A stretch of 63,733 nt of DNA, filler included, from Cercozoa sp. M6MM (GCA_040357565.1; 9 parts of 9 records of this genome joined end to end with filler, not necessarily neighbours in it); one strand, 5' to 3'. Counted from the first letter of the whole stretch, positions 14,265 through 32,960 are shown. The notes: a model not told the origin generated them from the letters alone. Translations and numbers: made by a program.

Positions 14265-14796
14265 GATCCTACGTCCCCGAAAAACTATCAACCGACTCTC
14301 GGCAAAAACAACAAAGCACGTGGCGATCAGACAATCAAATTTCGCACACAGACAGCATCAGAGCGGTTATGACTCACCTCAGTGTCTGTGTACAAAACGC
14401 GCCTCACGATCGCGACTATCCTGGACCATTCACACGCGACGCTGCGGCTTCTGGCCCGTCGCCATCGGAACACTTTTTAATTTTTCTTCCCGATCGGTCA
14501 GTCGTCCGAGTTTCCGGTGATCGCTTAGTGCAAGAGTGTGCAGCATATTATTTTAGAACATTGATGTGCCGTAAATAGGATAATACTGCTCTATAGTCGA
14601 TCTTCGATCAATTATCAGCAAAAGTAAAATACTGAGCTGTAGTTTTTTTCAAAAAAGCTGTTTAATTCGTTCAACTAACGTAACACTAAAACGAGAGATT
14701 ACACACACGGTCAAAAGGAAGCTAGGAGACTGGACGCGACTGAGGGCGAGCCCAGCCGGCATGTACAAGCCACTGGGAACTTGCAGTGTCGGGCGT

Positions 14797-15740
14797 TTAC
14801 ATGATGAGGCAAGCCTTCTTCTTCTTCTACTCACAGATAACACGGGATATACAGACAGAGAGGGCGGGACGAAGGAGATTACCTTGGTGGGCCGAGTGAG
14901 CGCGGCTCGGATGGCCTCGTCGAAGACGTTCTTGAGGCCCTCCTGCGTGAGGGCAGAGCACTCGAGGTACTTGACGGCGCCGATCTGCTTCTGCATGGCG
15001 AGTGCCTCCTCCTCGGCAATGATGTGTTGGCCTACGGGAGTAAGGGAGGGGTGAAGTCATATCGAGGGGTCAAAGAAAAGCAAGGAAGGCAGGCACTACC
15101 CTTGGCGGCGAGCTGCTGCTTGGTGGCCTCGTCGCCGCGCAGATCGCTCTTGGTGCCCACCAGGAGCAGCGGCACACCCGGCGCGTGGTGCTGGATCTCC
15201 GGGTACCACTTGGCCTTGACGTTCTCGAACGAGGGCGGCGAGATGATCGAGTAGCACACCAGGAACACGTCTGTCTGCGGGTACGACAGCGGCCGCAGAC
15301 GGTCGTAGTCCTCCTGACCGGCCGTGTCCCACAGGCCCAGGTTGATCGGACGGCCGTCCACCATCACGTTGGCCGAGTAGTTGTCGAACACCGTCTGCGC
15401 GCACACAAACACACGTACACATGTAAATATGCCAAATCCAAACTGTGAGTGGACAACGTACCGGGATGTACTCGCCCGGGAAGGCGTTCGTCGTGTACGA
15501 GATCAGGAGGCACGTCTTACTGCACACATGAGAGTATACATACATACGTGCACCAATTCCGACGTGGTAAAAAGCCTACCCGACGGCGCCATCACCGACG
15601 ACCTAAGCAGCAAGGAAGAAACACGCGTGTACATTGTTTGACAACAGAAAACACAAGCAGACACCAGCACAAAACCAGAAACGGCACAAGCAAAAAGAAG
15701 CACAGAAGGAGTGACTTACGACACACTTAATGTTCTGCAT
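14797..15740 (-). CDS. RAC1: Rac-type Rho GTPase, 5 introns, C-terminal [14 protein letters not shown]
   Basis: MQNIKCV|VVGDGAVG|[19 protein letters not shown]|[55 protein letters not shown]. Confidence 0.97.
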
Positions 15741-16329
15741 TGCGTAGCGGGGAGGGGTATCGGCTGCTTACAGGCGAGGCAGCGGCTGAGTGACTGTGCT
15801 TGAGGGCAGGCACACGAAAAAACACAAAATAAAAGCTTTGGTCAAGCAAGCGAGCTTTGGGCGTCTCCGGAATCTTCCCAGAATGTACTATATTTTATCT
15901 AAATTTGTTCCCCGCATTTTACATAGTGCTTCGGGGAATCTTCTGGCACAAAATTGATCAGTGATCATTCTGTTTTTTTTTAATCGATCAGTCAGCAGGC
16001 AATAGTACTACATTCCTGTGCGTGGCCACTCAGACTGGGATTGTGCTCCTACCTGTGCTAGCTGCATAGGCTAGTGCCCACTAGCGCAGAGTCAGTCTAA
16101 ACAGTTTTAGTTCCAAGTAGTCATGCTCGACTCGACTGGGCGACCAATCTCGGGGTCATCATTCGCACAAATTGAGCTAAATGGTGTGCAAATTGGCACA
16201 GAAGACGACTTTTGTGATGACGGTACTACTTTCAGCACCCTGACGTATCGCACAGCGAAGTGCTTGTTTGTTGTCTAGCGAAATCGGAGGTGTCAATCGA
16301 CTCGCGGGTATTGTCGAAGAGTGTTGATG

Positions 16330-17234
16330 TCTAGACGGGTCTGTGTGTATCCAGTGTGCACGCAGTTAGAGATCGAAGCTGCGGCGACAAATGGAACGAC
16401 CGAAGCAGGAAACGACACAGGTGGTGGGCCTCGTGCCACTCTGAGGTACGTCGATGCAATCCTCCCTTTGTTTTTCTAGTGTGGATTCACCTTACGTGTA
16501 TGAAAATTCAGCCCTGAAGAACGAAGAACGATACTGAACGGTCGTAGGCGTCTGCAGCTGGTTGCTTTCACTCTGCCATTTGTTTATATTGGCATCGAGC
16601 TGCTGCTGGGAGTGGTTCCGGCACTCAAGGGTGCCAGTGGACTCGCCATTGGTCTCATGTACGGTCTGAGCCTCGTCTGTATCACATTCTTTCTCTCTTT
16701 ACCGGTGTCTCTGTATTTATCCATAAACTGCCTGTCTGTGTATGTTCACTGATACACGCACATACATACATGTCTGTATAATAAACTGTAATGTTATCAA
16801 CTCCTGTCTTTCATCCGCAGTTGTGCCACTCATACTAATCTTCATGAATCACTTTCTGACCACTCGCCCATTCAGACTTAACGGCACCCTCGTTCCGATC
16901 GTAAGCTGTACCCTAGTTCTTATGCGAATCTGATCCACGTTTAGAGTTTGCCTCCCACTGCAGGTGCTCTGTGCCGGCACGTGTCCCTGGATCGCAATTT
17001 TCACTTCCGTCGCTGTCGGCTTTGCTGTGTAGATTAACCCCCTGAATTGTGTTTGACTTTCATTTTTTCGCTTCAACTGTGTAAGTTACCTGGTATTCGC
17101 AATTCTGTAGACCATACTACCGACAAACGACGTTTCCTGAGCTAACGCTGTCTCGACCTTTCGAAAGCTCACTCGAGGACAACTCTGAAGTCTCAGCACT
17201 TGCTTCTTTTCGCGACACCAATGGCGGTACTGAC

Positions 17235-17305
<71 letters not shown>

Positions 17306-17538
17306 AGTGCTGTGTGTGTGCTTGCTGTATTTTATGTACAAGCATTGCTCTTTGGGGGAAGAACAGGCTTCAAACTTCGACTGGCCGACGATGTCTACCC
17401 CGAGTTGAAGTTCGCCAAGAAGGCCAATGTCAATACGGACGGAAGTACTTCCTCGCCGAGGTTCTGCTGCATTGCACCGGTAAGCTCTTTCCTCCCAATC
17501 CATGGATTGCTTGTGCATGTGCATTGTGTGTGTGTGTG

Positions 17539-17619
<81 letters not shown>

Positions 17620-18017
17620 AGTTGATGACAAGGTCGGTGCGAACTGCTTCGTACGTAATGGCGGTGAAATGCGGCGGTAACTGTCAGCGCGAGCTTGAGA
17701 CGGTGTTTCCTGCCACGACTCGAACCGCCTTGTCCGACAAGTGGGTCGGCGACAGTCACCGCGCACTCCTGTTTCGCCTACTTGAGAATGACTTCGTACA
17801 GTCTATTTTTGACCTGTGTTCCTGTCTTTTTTGACTGCAGCGTGTATCACAGACCACCGAACTGAAGGGTACGGAGTTCTTGTGGTTGGGCGACCCCGAA
17901 GACAAGCAAGAGCTACGAAGAAAGGTCATGTACGCCATGATTGGCACAACGCTATGTGGCACGTTTGTGACGATCCTCTTCATCCTCGCTTGCGGCCGCT
18001 GCTGTGCACTCTACTAA
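16330..18017 (+). CDS. Hypothetical multi-pass membrane protein (start uncertain)
   Basis: Spliced hydrophobic segments LVAFTLPFVYIGIELLLGVV, LAIGLMYVVPLILIFM, WIAIFTSVAVGFA and C-terminal MIGTTLCGTFVTILFILACGRCCALY*. Confidence 0.5.
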
Positions 18018-18153
18018 ATTACACTAAAATGTATGTACGGTCAATGTGAAACGGCACTGGTTCGATACGATATGACCGACACAGGCAGTCAACTAATAAA
18101 TTTTAACGTATCGTAAAGTTCAAATAGCTCACATTAAATCATGCGACGTGATG

Positions 18154-19068
18154 TCACGATACACGCGCACGGATAGGAAACCAGCTCTCATTGTCATTGA
18201 CCATGACAAACCTTTTGCTGTCATGGTCGGACTGGCGTTCGCGTTGCCGGTGTCGGCGCCCGCGCTGCTGCCGCTTGGAGCAGCAGCTCGAAAAGAACTG
18301 AGACACCGCACGGAGACAGACGTAGACGAGGCCGCATGCAAAGCCGACACAGCACCACAGCACTCTCACAGGCCAATAGAGAGAGCGACCCATCCAACGC
18401 AACAGCTTGACCAGCACTCGCACTACCTGCAATTGCATGCCACACTCTATCGTGACCCCGCATCATGTTTATCATGTGCATGTCTATCCGTAGTACCAAG
18501 CGACCACGCAGCACGTCGAACAACACGCGAGCCACTGCGCCAATCGCATGAAGGCCTTGGTAAAACGACCGACGTACTCTGACTTCGAGCCTGTCCGACA
18601 GTACTCTCCGATATGACACGGCCATCTGGGAACTGAAACGTAGGTCGGTACCACTGTGCTGCGTTGCCGATGCGGTCGCACACGGCGTTGCAACAGCGGC
18701 GACGACGACGACGCCGCTGGAAAGTTGTTGGCGCATGCAAAAGTGCCTCCGCCCGGTCAACCAGTTGCGCCCAGTCCCGACGTTCGGTGTCGTTCAGAAT
18801 GTAGTCCAATGTCTCCACTTGCGCGTTGACACTGTCGCCGAGTGACTGAGCACGGACACTATGACGCACCTTCCCAGTCTTGCCCAGCTCCCACCGCTCG
18901 GTACAGAAGGCAGAGTTGTGTCCGCGGTGCGGCATCAGGCACACGTAGCTATCAATGAAACAAGATAGCAGCACAGGTGACAGCGCGGGAGGAAGCAACT
19001 ACCAGAACTCGTGCTTGCACTTGCAAGTCATGTGGTTGCAGCCTGCCGTGCGACTGATCAGTGCGCCC
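18154..19068 (-). CDS. RBR (RING-between-RING) E3 ligase, 3' fragment with Rcat/RING2 and a hydrophobic C-terminal segment
   Basis: GALISRTAGCNHMTCKCKHEF|CYVCLMPH..C, which includes the catalytic GCNHM; 5' part lost at contig end. Confidence 0.8.
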
Positions 19069-19080
19069 TATGCAGTGTGC

Positions 19081-19142
<62 letters not shown>

Positions 19143-19242
19143 NNNNNNNNNNNNNNNNNNNNNNNNNNNNNNNNNNNNNNNNNNNNTTAATTAATTAANN
19201 NNNNNNNNNNNNNNNNNNNNNNNNNNNNNNNNNNNNNNNNNN
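19143..19242. other. Artificial contig spacer N..TTAATTAATTAA..N (also ~25520-25619, 26755-26854, 30421-30520, 33857-33955, 39959-40058, 44341-44440, 58533-58632)
   Basis: Identical 100-bp N-padded linker with stop codons in all six frames; genes are cut abruptly at each one. Confidence 0.97.
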
Positions 19243-20430
19243 ATAGCAGCGCGCCATAGAAGGTTAAAGGTAAAGTACCCGCCTTGCGAATCGAGAAGCA
19301 CATAAGGCTTCTGCGTGGCACGTTTGAACGCATTCAGCGGCGGTCGCATCAGTTCGACAAAGCCGACCAGATTGGTGCCGTTGCCTTCTTCGTCCTCGTC
19401 ATCGTCGCCTTTCGCAGGAAAAGTTGCATTCGAACAGTCGCACAACGGCGTGCACTGGTGCGCCGCGCGAAACGGCTCTTGCCAGTTCTGCACAATCCTT
19501 CAGCTTTCTCCGTTTTTTTTTGGTTGCCCTCCAGCTTCCACTGTGAGAAAAACACAAAACTCACGTTTTTTGTGACCAAACGAAGAAGTCGCAGTTCGCG
19601 CAGCGTTCGCACAGAAAAAATCTGCTCGATTCAAGCAAACAGTCGTGTTTGATTGAAAAGTGAAACAAATGAAACTTGCGAACGCACAGGATGATAGTCA
19701 TGCAACTGAATACGCTTGATCGCTACGCGACGGTAGCGAATCCGCGCACATACTGGCGTGTGTGGAACGCCCAACGGCGGCGTGGCTGCTAACACGGGAC
19801 CCTGCGACAAAAGAAAAATCAAATTAATCAGTTTCAGTTGGAACTCTTTTCATCAGTTTGGAAAATCAATCCAGTTTGCAGCGAACTGCGAGAAATCGCA
19901 CGAGGTACCTCATCTGGCAGTGGAACAGGTAGTTTCTGCGACACTGGGTGCGAATACTCACGCACAGGTTGGAGTAAATCTTCCGCAAGGAGGACCTGGG
20001 TTAGAGAAACAAAGTTGCTTGGGATTAAAAACAAAAATATCAGATTCAAAAAGAGCGAGTGAAACAAACCTTTCCGTAGGCGCCTTCGCCAAGAATGTCG
20101 ATCGGTCGGTAACGCGCATGTACGGAGAAGGACCAACTGCTGGTATCGGAACCGCCTTCAGTCTCTGGCTTCCGCGCGGCCTCAGTGAAGTCGTAGGTGA
20201 TGTACTTGTGTCCAGCAATGTCCTCGGCGGCCGCCGTGATGCGTGGCAGCGTGTTGGCGCCGATCTGCGCAAAACACAGGCACACACTCAAAGTTGCTCA
20301 TCTCGAGATCAAAGAAAAGAAACTCAAAACCCACCGCCACCTGTCCTTGCGCCCACAAGAAGTGCCGCAGAATCGCCGGGTTCTGCAGGAGGTGGCGCTC
20401 CTTCTGACGCGCCTGGCGCGACGTCAACAT
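19243..20430 (-). CDS. MAP kinase (ERK-like), 5' fragment with large inserts
   Basis: RYRPIDILGEGAYGK|V, VAIKRI, RTLRELRLLRL, NLVGFVELMRPP (subdomains I-IV). Confidence 0.8.
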
Positions 20431-21162
20431 CGCTGCGTGCCGAGCAGCTTCAGCTTACGGAATCCCAGCGAAGCGCGGCGTGAGCGCAAAAGCGCCAAAT
20501 AATAGGCGGACTTGGCGGTTGCTGCGGCGACAACAAGCAACAGGGCGACGCAGGATCACAACACAGCGATCTGTGTCTTGAGGAACTCAAAGGAACGGCT
20601 ACCAAGCAAGACCACACCAGTGCTCTTGTGCGTGCGTGCTGGAGAGCCTGCTGATCCAGGCCACACGAACCCGAAGTAGCAGTTGCTCAAGTATCACCCG
20701 CGTCGCCTAGAGGGGTGGTCTGAGAGTCGCTGTATCTGATCGCAATCAAACGGCAGCACTGGCCCCAGCAAGAATAACGCTCAACTCTCCAGTCAAGCCA
20801 AGCAAGACCACGCGTGACAACCGCACAACGTCGCTCGAAACGCGAACGCCGCTCGATGCACAATAAGTGGCCACTGTACGTTTCGACCGCTCGACACACA
20901 AGCCGCGTGACGCTGGAGCGAGCAAGCAGTTCGCCCAGCGATCATTGGATCTTGCTCGAGATCAAGATCGCATCGGATCGACCACTGATCGGTTTTGAAA
21001 ACCGGCAGTCGACATCATGCACCGTCAGGGTACAGTACAATACGAGTCCATTTGGCTCAGCAGAATCAGACTCGTGATTCCGATCGTGCCTAATGTCCTT
21101 TAACGCACCGCAGGCAGCCTAAGGACGCGCTACTACAATAAGTTCGTCGGTAGAACCGCGCA

Positions 21163-24489
<3,327 letters not shown>

Positions 24490-25475
24490 CGATCAGCACA
24501 GTGTCGGTTAGCGTAAGTAACTTAGCTACAGTTGTCGACCAAACCGAACGCGCATGCAGAAATCAAATCACTGATGAACCGTGACCCAATTGTGGGAGTG
24601 TGAGAGTTTTGAGTTTTCACTGCTGTTAAGACTCTCAACTTAGTACAGGCACAATGCAGAGCACGTCAAATATCAAGTTTCCAGGAGAGAGGTTTTTTGT
24701 TTTATGGTACTTCTTGCACGGGGAGGTACCCATTGCCTCTCTTCACACTTACAAAAAAGGATCCTTCCCCGACTGCTCAACAAATGTCGGTTTGCCTTAC
24801 ATGACAACTGGGACAGCCCCGCTTGACTGCTGAGGGAGAGGACAGAAAGAGGAGCGTCAGGTAGGTTGCAGTTGGTTCTTCAAGCCGGCGTGTTGTATAA
24901 ATTGAACACATGTGGTTTGGCAGTAGATGCGAGCTCGAGCCTTGCTGATCGTTGTGATCAGTTTGCTGACACAGGCTTTGGCACGTATAGTTGTTGGTAA
25001 GTCTTCCCAAATTGGACCGGATGATTGCGACTGATCTGTTGTCGCAGTCAGTGCGCCTGCTCCACAAGACCTAGCCATGAGTTTCGTCGATGAATGTCGC
25101 GTATAAATCGCCTTTTCTTCAAAATTCAACCAAGAACGCGAGTTTTGTTCTTTGTTAACAGCGAGTGTTATCGTGGAACATTCCGTATGACTCGGATCAC
25201 CCTGTGAGTTTCATCTTGAGATTGTCTTGTGTCTGTTTACTGCTCTTGTGCAGCTGAAAGCTTACACACAAGAGTCGCATGCTCTCATTAACTTGCCACG
25301 CAGCGATGGCTCTTGGCGTAGTGTGGCACTTTCAATGTCGCCTGGAGTTTGTGCACGCTTGATACCCCTGGGCAGAAAGCTTCGATGTCATGTGTCGCAC
25401 CTCCGACATGGAGCACAACCTGCTGTCATTAGAAGTGAAGGTTGCAACTACTAAAACAACGCTGCTAATTCAATT

Positions 25476-25519
<44 letters not shown>

Positions 25520-25619
25520 NNNNNNNNNNNNNNNNNNNNNNNNNNNNNNNNNNNNNNNNNNNNTTAATTAATTAANNNNNNNNNNNNNNNNNNNNNNNNN
25601 NNNNNNNNNNNNNNNNNNN

Positions 25620-25942
25620 TATATTTTTTCTTTGATATATTTATATATCTTTATATATTTGATTTATATTTATACATATATTAATTTATATATATATATA
25701 TATATATATATCTATTTATATTTTTTCTTTGATAGATTTATATATCTATATATATTATATATCTATGTTTATTTCTACATATATTTGTATTTATAGATCT
25801 ATTTATATATATATATATATATCTATATTTGTATCTCTATGTATCTCTATATATTTATATATCTATATGTATTGATATATATATATATATATATATATAG
25901 ATATGTCTTTATTGATTTATTTATTTATTTATTTATTTATTG

Positions 25943-25986
<44 letters not shown>

Positions 25987-25990
25987 TATG
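25620..25990. repeat. AT-rich low-complexity (TA)n/(TTTA)n intronic tract
   Basis: Seen directly. Confidence 0.9.
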
Positions 25991-26042
25991 TTTGTGTGTT
26001 TGTATTTACCTGTATAGACCCGTGCTGTGTACCACCACGTAG

Positions 26043-26718
26043 GCCAGCGAGAGTGTGCTGCTGCCGACGCTGTGTTTCTTCGCACTGACGGCGCTGTTCG
26101 CCACGCAGGACATCGCGGTGGACGGCTGGGCCCTCACGATGCTGAGCGAGCAGCGCGTGCACCTGGCCTCGGCCTGCCAGAGCATTGGCCAGAACGCCGG
26201 TTTCTTCCTCAGTTTCACCATCTTTTTGGCTCTCAACTCGCCCGCTTTCTCCGCGCGGATTCGCGGTCTCTACACCGCCGATCCTGTGCAGGAGGTATAC
26301 GCGTCTTGACCCTTACCCCCCCCCCATTTACACCTCTATTACCCCCCCTTATCCCCCGCTATACCCCCCGCCACACCCCCTATTTACTCTCCTGCTTCCC
26401 CCCCTTTCCCCCCCCCCCCCCCCCCAGAGTCTAGTGACACTGCCAGGCTTCATGCGCTGGGCCGGCGCAGCGATGCTGCTGTGCTCGGTGTACCTCCTGG
26501 TGGCACGGTCGGAACGACAGGACCGACGCCGCGCGGACGCAGAGAGCGGACAGGTCAGCGGACAGGTCAGTGTGCGTGAGACGTACGCGCGGATGCTCGG
26601 CGTGCTGAAACGACCGGCCGTGCAGCGACTGCTGCTGCTGCTGCTGACGGCGAAATTCGCTTTCGCCGCTGCCGACGGCGTCGCCGGTCTCAAACTCCTC
26701 GAACGCGGCCTGCCCAAG
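26043..26718 (+). CDS. SLC33A1: Acetyl-CoA transporter (SLC33A1/AT-1, AmpG-like MFS), internal fragment
   Basis: FATQDIAVDGWALTML, ASACQSIGQNAGFFLS, LVTLPGFM, LKLLERGLPK. Confidence 0.9.
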
Positions 26719-26854
26719 GTAAACAGGGGGGTCAACAGGGGGGTAAACAGGGGGNNNNNNNNNNNNNNNNNNNNNNNNNNNNNNNNNNNNNNNNNNNNTT
26801 AATTAATTAANNNNNNNNNNNNNNNNNNNNNNNNNNNNNNNNNNNNNNNNNNNN

Positions 26855-26891
<37 letters not shown>

Positions 26892-26899
26892 ACACACAC

Positions 26900-27856
26900 A
26901 CTTCTTCTAGTCGTCGTGTAAGAATCAAGATCTGCAACGATGTCTCGCAGCTGTTAAAACTGGCAGATTACTTGCTCGCGCCCTCTATTTCAAGTACCTG
27001 GTTTCTGCCTCTTCTAGCAGCTCTCCTTGTAGCCGGTATGACATGCGCAAACAGCTCTGCTTTTGGAGGCGATTGATCCCGCGAACCGTCCGCTTTCGTC
27101 TGTGGCCAGATTACTCGTAGTTCTGCACAAGCATACCCCGTCTGTGTCTTTTCAACGTGCCCTTGTGTCTTTGACACAGAACGAGCTAATGCCGAGCTAT
27201 CTCCACTTGGACGAGATGAGCAACAATGTGGAGCGAATGGCCGATAACGACACCAACACCGGCAGCGATGACCCTGTACTTTGGCCTGGAGATGAGAGGC
27301 TCGCATCATGATATGATACCACGTTCCCGTCTAGGTATCCACGCTATTGTCACGCACGGTGCAACTCCTTGGAGCGGCCTTCTACTCGGCCAAGACAGAC
27401 GCTCTGCGCGATGCCGTCCTACGTCTCGACCGGTAACTGTCTCTGTAATGTTCTTCTGTCTGGGGACCAAATATACTTTGATGGCGTCACAGCAACGTGT
27501 TAGAGCACATTGTGGTCACTGGTTTCGCCGACGGCCGTGTTGTGACGTCGCCGCGTGCGCTGCTCATGATGGCTTGGTATTGACAGCCATTCTTGTATAT
27601 ATATGCATATGTATATACGGTAACTACGGGGTTTCTATGCGAAGGGTGGACGTGGCACGTGCACGCCGGCTAGTTCCCGATCCGCGGAATTTCCTGTCGG
27701 TTTACCCTCGTGAGGTAGCGCAAGGCTCGACCTTCTGTCTGTACATTGTGCATGTGCGCATGTGTGTGTATGTGTGTAGATGATGCTGTACGTCTTCCAA
27801 CCGACCGGCGTCTTCACCGATGCCGAGATTATGTACTCTTGATGTGCCTTGTGACC

Positions 27857-27903
<47 letters not shown>

Positions 27904-28927
27904 GTATATGTGTGTGTGGTGACTGCAGCGAGGCACTGAAGGACGCGACACCGATTCACGTCGCTGGTCCGGCCGAAGTCGAGTGTATACCATATATATA
28001 TAATGTAGGTCTGTGTATGTACACATGTTTTATCAATGTTATATATGAAGATTATTTACATGTATCTGTGTGATATATGATATACGTATGTATGTATGCT
28101 TTACATGTATAAATGAATGTTGTATATGTATGCTTTACATGTATATATATGTTGTATATGTATGTTTTAATGTATGTTTTATGTCTGCCATATTCATACT
28201 ACACATACACATATACCGGTGCGCAGTGACCTACTCGGACGCGTTTCGTGAGATACACGAGCGCGAGTGGCGTGCCGCACTTCAGCAGTAACTACGCTCT
28301 CCATTGGACTCTGTGAACTGGTGTGTGTGTGTGTGTGTGTACTGATGACGCATGTACAGAGGTGATCAAGTCGATGCCATCGATACTGTGCACATGTGGT
28401 ACCCTCGTCATCATAGGAGGTAACGTGTACGGTCACTTTGCACTCTTGTACATAGGTACCGCTGTAACATTCTCGAGGCGGATGCCGAACGAATCTTGAT
28501 CCACTACATTGGTACCGTATGCCATATGTCAGTAGTGATCTCGTGTACATATACTCGGCATCGTGCAGGATGGCCGGACCGGTGGAACGAGTACATTGAT
28601 CGCAACTCGGAGCGCCTGATGCCGGCCGGCACGGTGACGCAGGCTGAGGGGCGCGAGCACGGCGTCAATCGCGAGCAGGCGCAGCAGCGACTCCAGGAGC
28701 ACCACAATGCCGCGAGGTCACACCTGCCCAACAGTCGCTCCAGGGACAGCAATAGCGCCGGCGAGGATGTCCTCGATTTCGAGAACGAGGCTACGGTAAA
28801 TTAGCTCTTGTTTGTGACTGTTCATCGCTCCAGGTCCAGTCATGGTTTGTGCCACTGCCTCAAGAAGGACGGAATCGACGCCACTGAGCCACTTGACTCC
28901 GAGTCGCCAGACACCAACGTCGCATAA
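26900..28927 (+). CDS. Protein with a C-terminal Tudor-knot/MBT-like domain, 3' fragment
   Basis: GDQVDAIDTVHMW...ILIHYI|GWPDRWNEYIDRNSERLMPAGT fits the D-W-HYxGWxxxWxEWI pattern; upstream exon structure uncertain. Confidence 0.55.
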
Positions 28928-29038
28928 AATCTCACGTCAGCCGATACTTTCGTATGTGAATCAAATTATTATTAGACTGTGACAAGTACTGCCCGTGCAA
29001 GTACGAATGAATTAATTGCGTCGGTTCGAGAGCGAAGA

Positions 29039-30378
<1,340 letters not shown>

Positions 30379-30642
30379 GCGGGAGGGAATAAGATGGGTG
30401 AGAGGGTAAAGGGGGGGGGGNNNNNNNNNNNNNNNNNNNNNNNNNNNNNNNNNNNNNNNNNNNNTTAATTAATTAANNNNNNNNNNNNNNNNNNNNNNNN
30501 NNNNNNNNNNNNNNNNNNNNGTATGAAAGATGTGTATGTATGTATGTATGTATGTCTGTGTGTATGTATGTATGTATGTACGTATGTATGTGTGTGTATG
30601 TATGTATGAAAGATGTGTATGTATGTATGTATGTATGCACGT

Positions 30643-30710
<68 letters not shown>

Positions 30711-30730
30711 GGGGGGGGGGTAAAAACACC

Positions 30731-32456
30731 CTTGTAGGCGCGGAAGGGTTCCTGTCCACCGCCGACGTCGTCGATGCACATGACACTCTCCTCCAGTTCG
30801 TCGGCATGGTGTCCCAGCGCAAAGGCCTCTCGCACCATGTCCACCACGAAGGGACACTCCTTGGCCTAGAAGGAGGGGGGTAAAGGAGGTGTGGGGGGGG
30901 GGGGGNNNNNNNNNNNNNNNNNNNNNNNNNNNNNNNNNNNNNNNNNNNNNNNNNNNNNNNNNNNNNNNNNNNNNNNNNNNNNNNNNNNNNNNNNNNNNNN
31001 NNNNNGGGGGGGGGGTAAACTACATCGAGTGCTTCATCGCGAGTTCCATGAACGAGTCCACCGTGCTACGTGAGGGGGGGTAAAGGGACAAGGGAGGGGG
31101 TAAAGCCCAGCGTACTTGTCAATACGTTCCCTAAGCACCTCGTCGTCGATCTCTTCGTACGACATGTTTCGCACCTTGCGCGGTGTCAGTGGCAACTGCA
31201 GGGGGTAAAGGGAGGTAAAAGAGGGGGTAAGGGGGTAGGGGAAGGGGGTAGGGAGTAAGGGGGTAGGGAGTAAGGGGGTAAGAGTACATCGCGCAGCGGG
31301 TTCTGCCCGTACACGCCTTGATCGTCGACGTCAGACAGCACCTCGGTGGCATCACTATCGACATCGGCCGTCTCTTCGTCCTCATCACCTTCATCGTCCT
31401 CGTCGTCCGCGTCGGCGCCCTCGTCCTCGTCCATATCGTCGTGGTCTGCGCGCACGTCCGCGCGGACGCCTCTGTCGTCGTCCTCGGTCGTGTCGGGGTT
31501 CCCATCGCGCAGCAAATCCGCTGCTTCAAAGTCCTGCGGGGAGGGGGTAAAGGGCAGGGTCAAAAGGTAGGGAAAGGAAAGGAAAACAAATAAGAGGGTA
31601 AATGAGAGGGTAAATGAGAGGGTAAATGAGAGGGTAAGGGGGGGTAAAGGGGCACACCTCGTAGCAAGCACTCACGAGCGAGCACAACAACGCGCGCAGT
31701 TCGACTTCGGTCACGCGTCCGTGGTCGAAACTCCACATACGCCACACGAACTCCTGTGGGGGCGGGGTAAGAGGCAAGCAGGTAAGGTGGGTGAGGGGGG
31801 GGAGGTTAAACAGTACCAGTCGCTCCTCGGCGTTGCCTCGCGCGAATCGCGACAAACCAAAAATAAACTCTTCGAAATCGAGTTTTTGATTGCGTTTTCG
31901 ATCAAAAACGGCGAACAATCGCTCTCCCAGCAGGCCTGGCAGGTCTATGGAACAACTCACATACAATCTATGCACCTTTAAAGTACACTTAAACACATAA
32001 AGCTATCTGAAAGCTATAAACCAGCTTTTAAAAGCTTCAAGTAACTTTCAAACACTTTACACATTCTAGCATGATTTAAAGCATTCTTTAAGCACATTGA
32101 AAGCGAAAGCACTCATAAAATGTCAAACAAGGCAAACAACAAGTACCAAACAACGTCAGGAACGTCGCTTTGTCGATGCGCAAGCGCGACCAGTCCGTGT
32201 CACGGGGCTTGCTGCGTCGCTTTCGCGCGGCCGAGCCGCCGTCGCCGCCACAATTTTCGTTTTCGTTCACGTCGCGACAACGCGCCGCCAGCGACGCAAA
32301 CAGATCCAGCAAAATGCGCAACTCGGACTCATTGACTGGAAACATCATTCAATCTCAATCACAACATACACCACAAAAACTTTACTTACATCGACCAAAC
32401 GCCTCGGCGTATGATGACGTTGTTGCCGACGGCAACTTTGAGTTCGATTGGCCCAT
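30731..32456 (-). CDS. N-myristoylated EF-hand protein (NCS/calcineurin-B-like N-terminus plus acidic region), 5' fragment
   Basis: MGQSNSK start, LPGLLGERLFAVFDRKRNQKLDFEEFIFGLSRF, D/E-rich exon; continues across the N gap. Confidence 0.7.
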
Positions 32457-32960
32457 CGGAAGATCGATTCACGCGGCGAAAAACCGAGAGCGTGCAACCA
32501 AATCGAAAAAAAAAATTCTCGATTTGATCAAAAGAGCGACTTGTGCCCTCCCGAGAGACGCTGACGGCCCGTCCCGGAGCTAGTTACGTACTTTCGCACC
32601 ACCAAGCGCTCTCGCGACTGCAGAAAAGCTGTAAATTCCGAGCTTCAGCAGAAACTTGATACGCGCTCTCGAAAAGTGGCGTTTCCTCTCGATTCAAAAT
32701 CCGAAATACCAAGTCGAGACGCACTCAAAATAATCAAGCAGTTTGTGTGGCTTTTAGTGACGTTGGCTGACGTCAGAAAAAAGGCCCATCTTTTTTGGTG
32801 TTCTGCTGATCGATCTGTGTCGACTTGAGACCAGCAAATTCCCGCAGACAAGCAAGCCCACTCCTTGGGTCTCGTTTTAGAGCTTCAAGCAGCGCTTGAT
32901 CAGTGGTATTTTAACGAAATGCTGGCCTGCACGCGGTCCTAGCGCACCAGAGTGCCAGAA

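Noticed and set aside
19187-19198. Recurring TTAATTAATTAA palindrome
   Set aside because: Always centred in 100-bp N blocks; an artificial six-frame-stop linker, not biology
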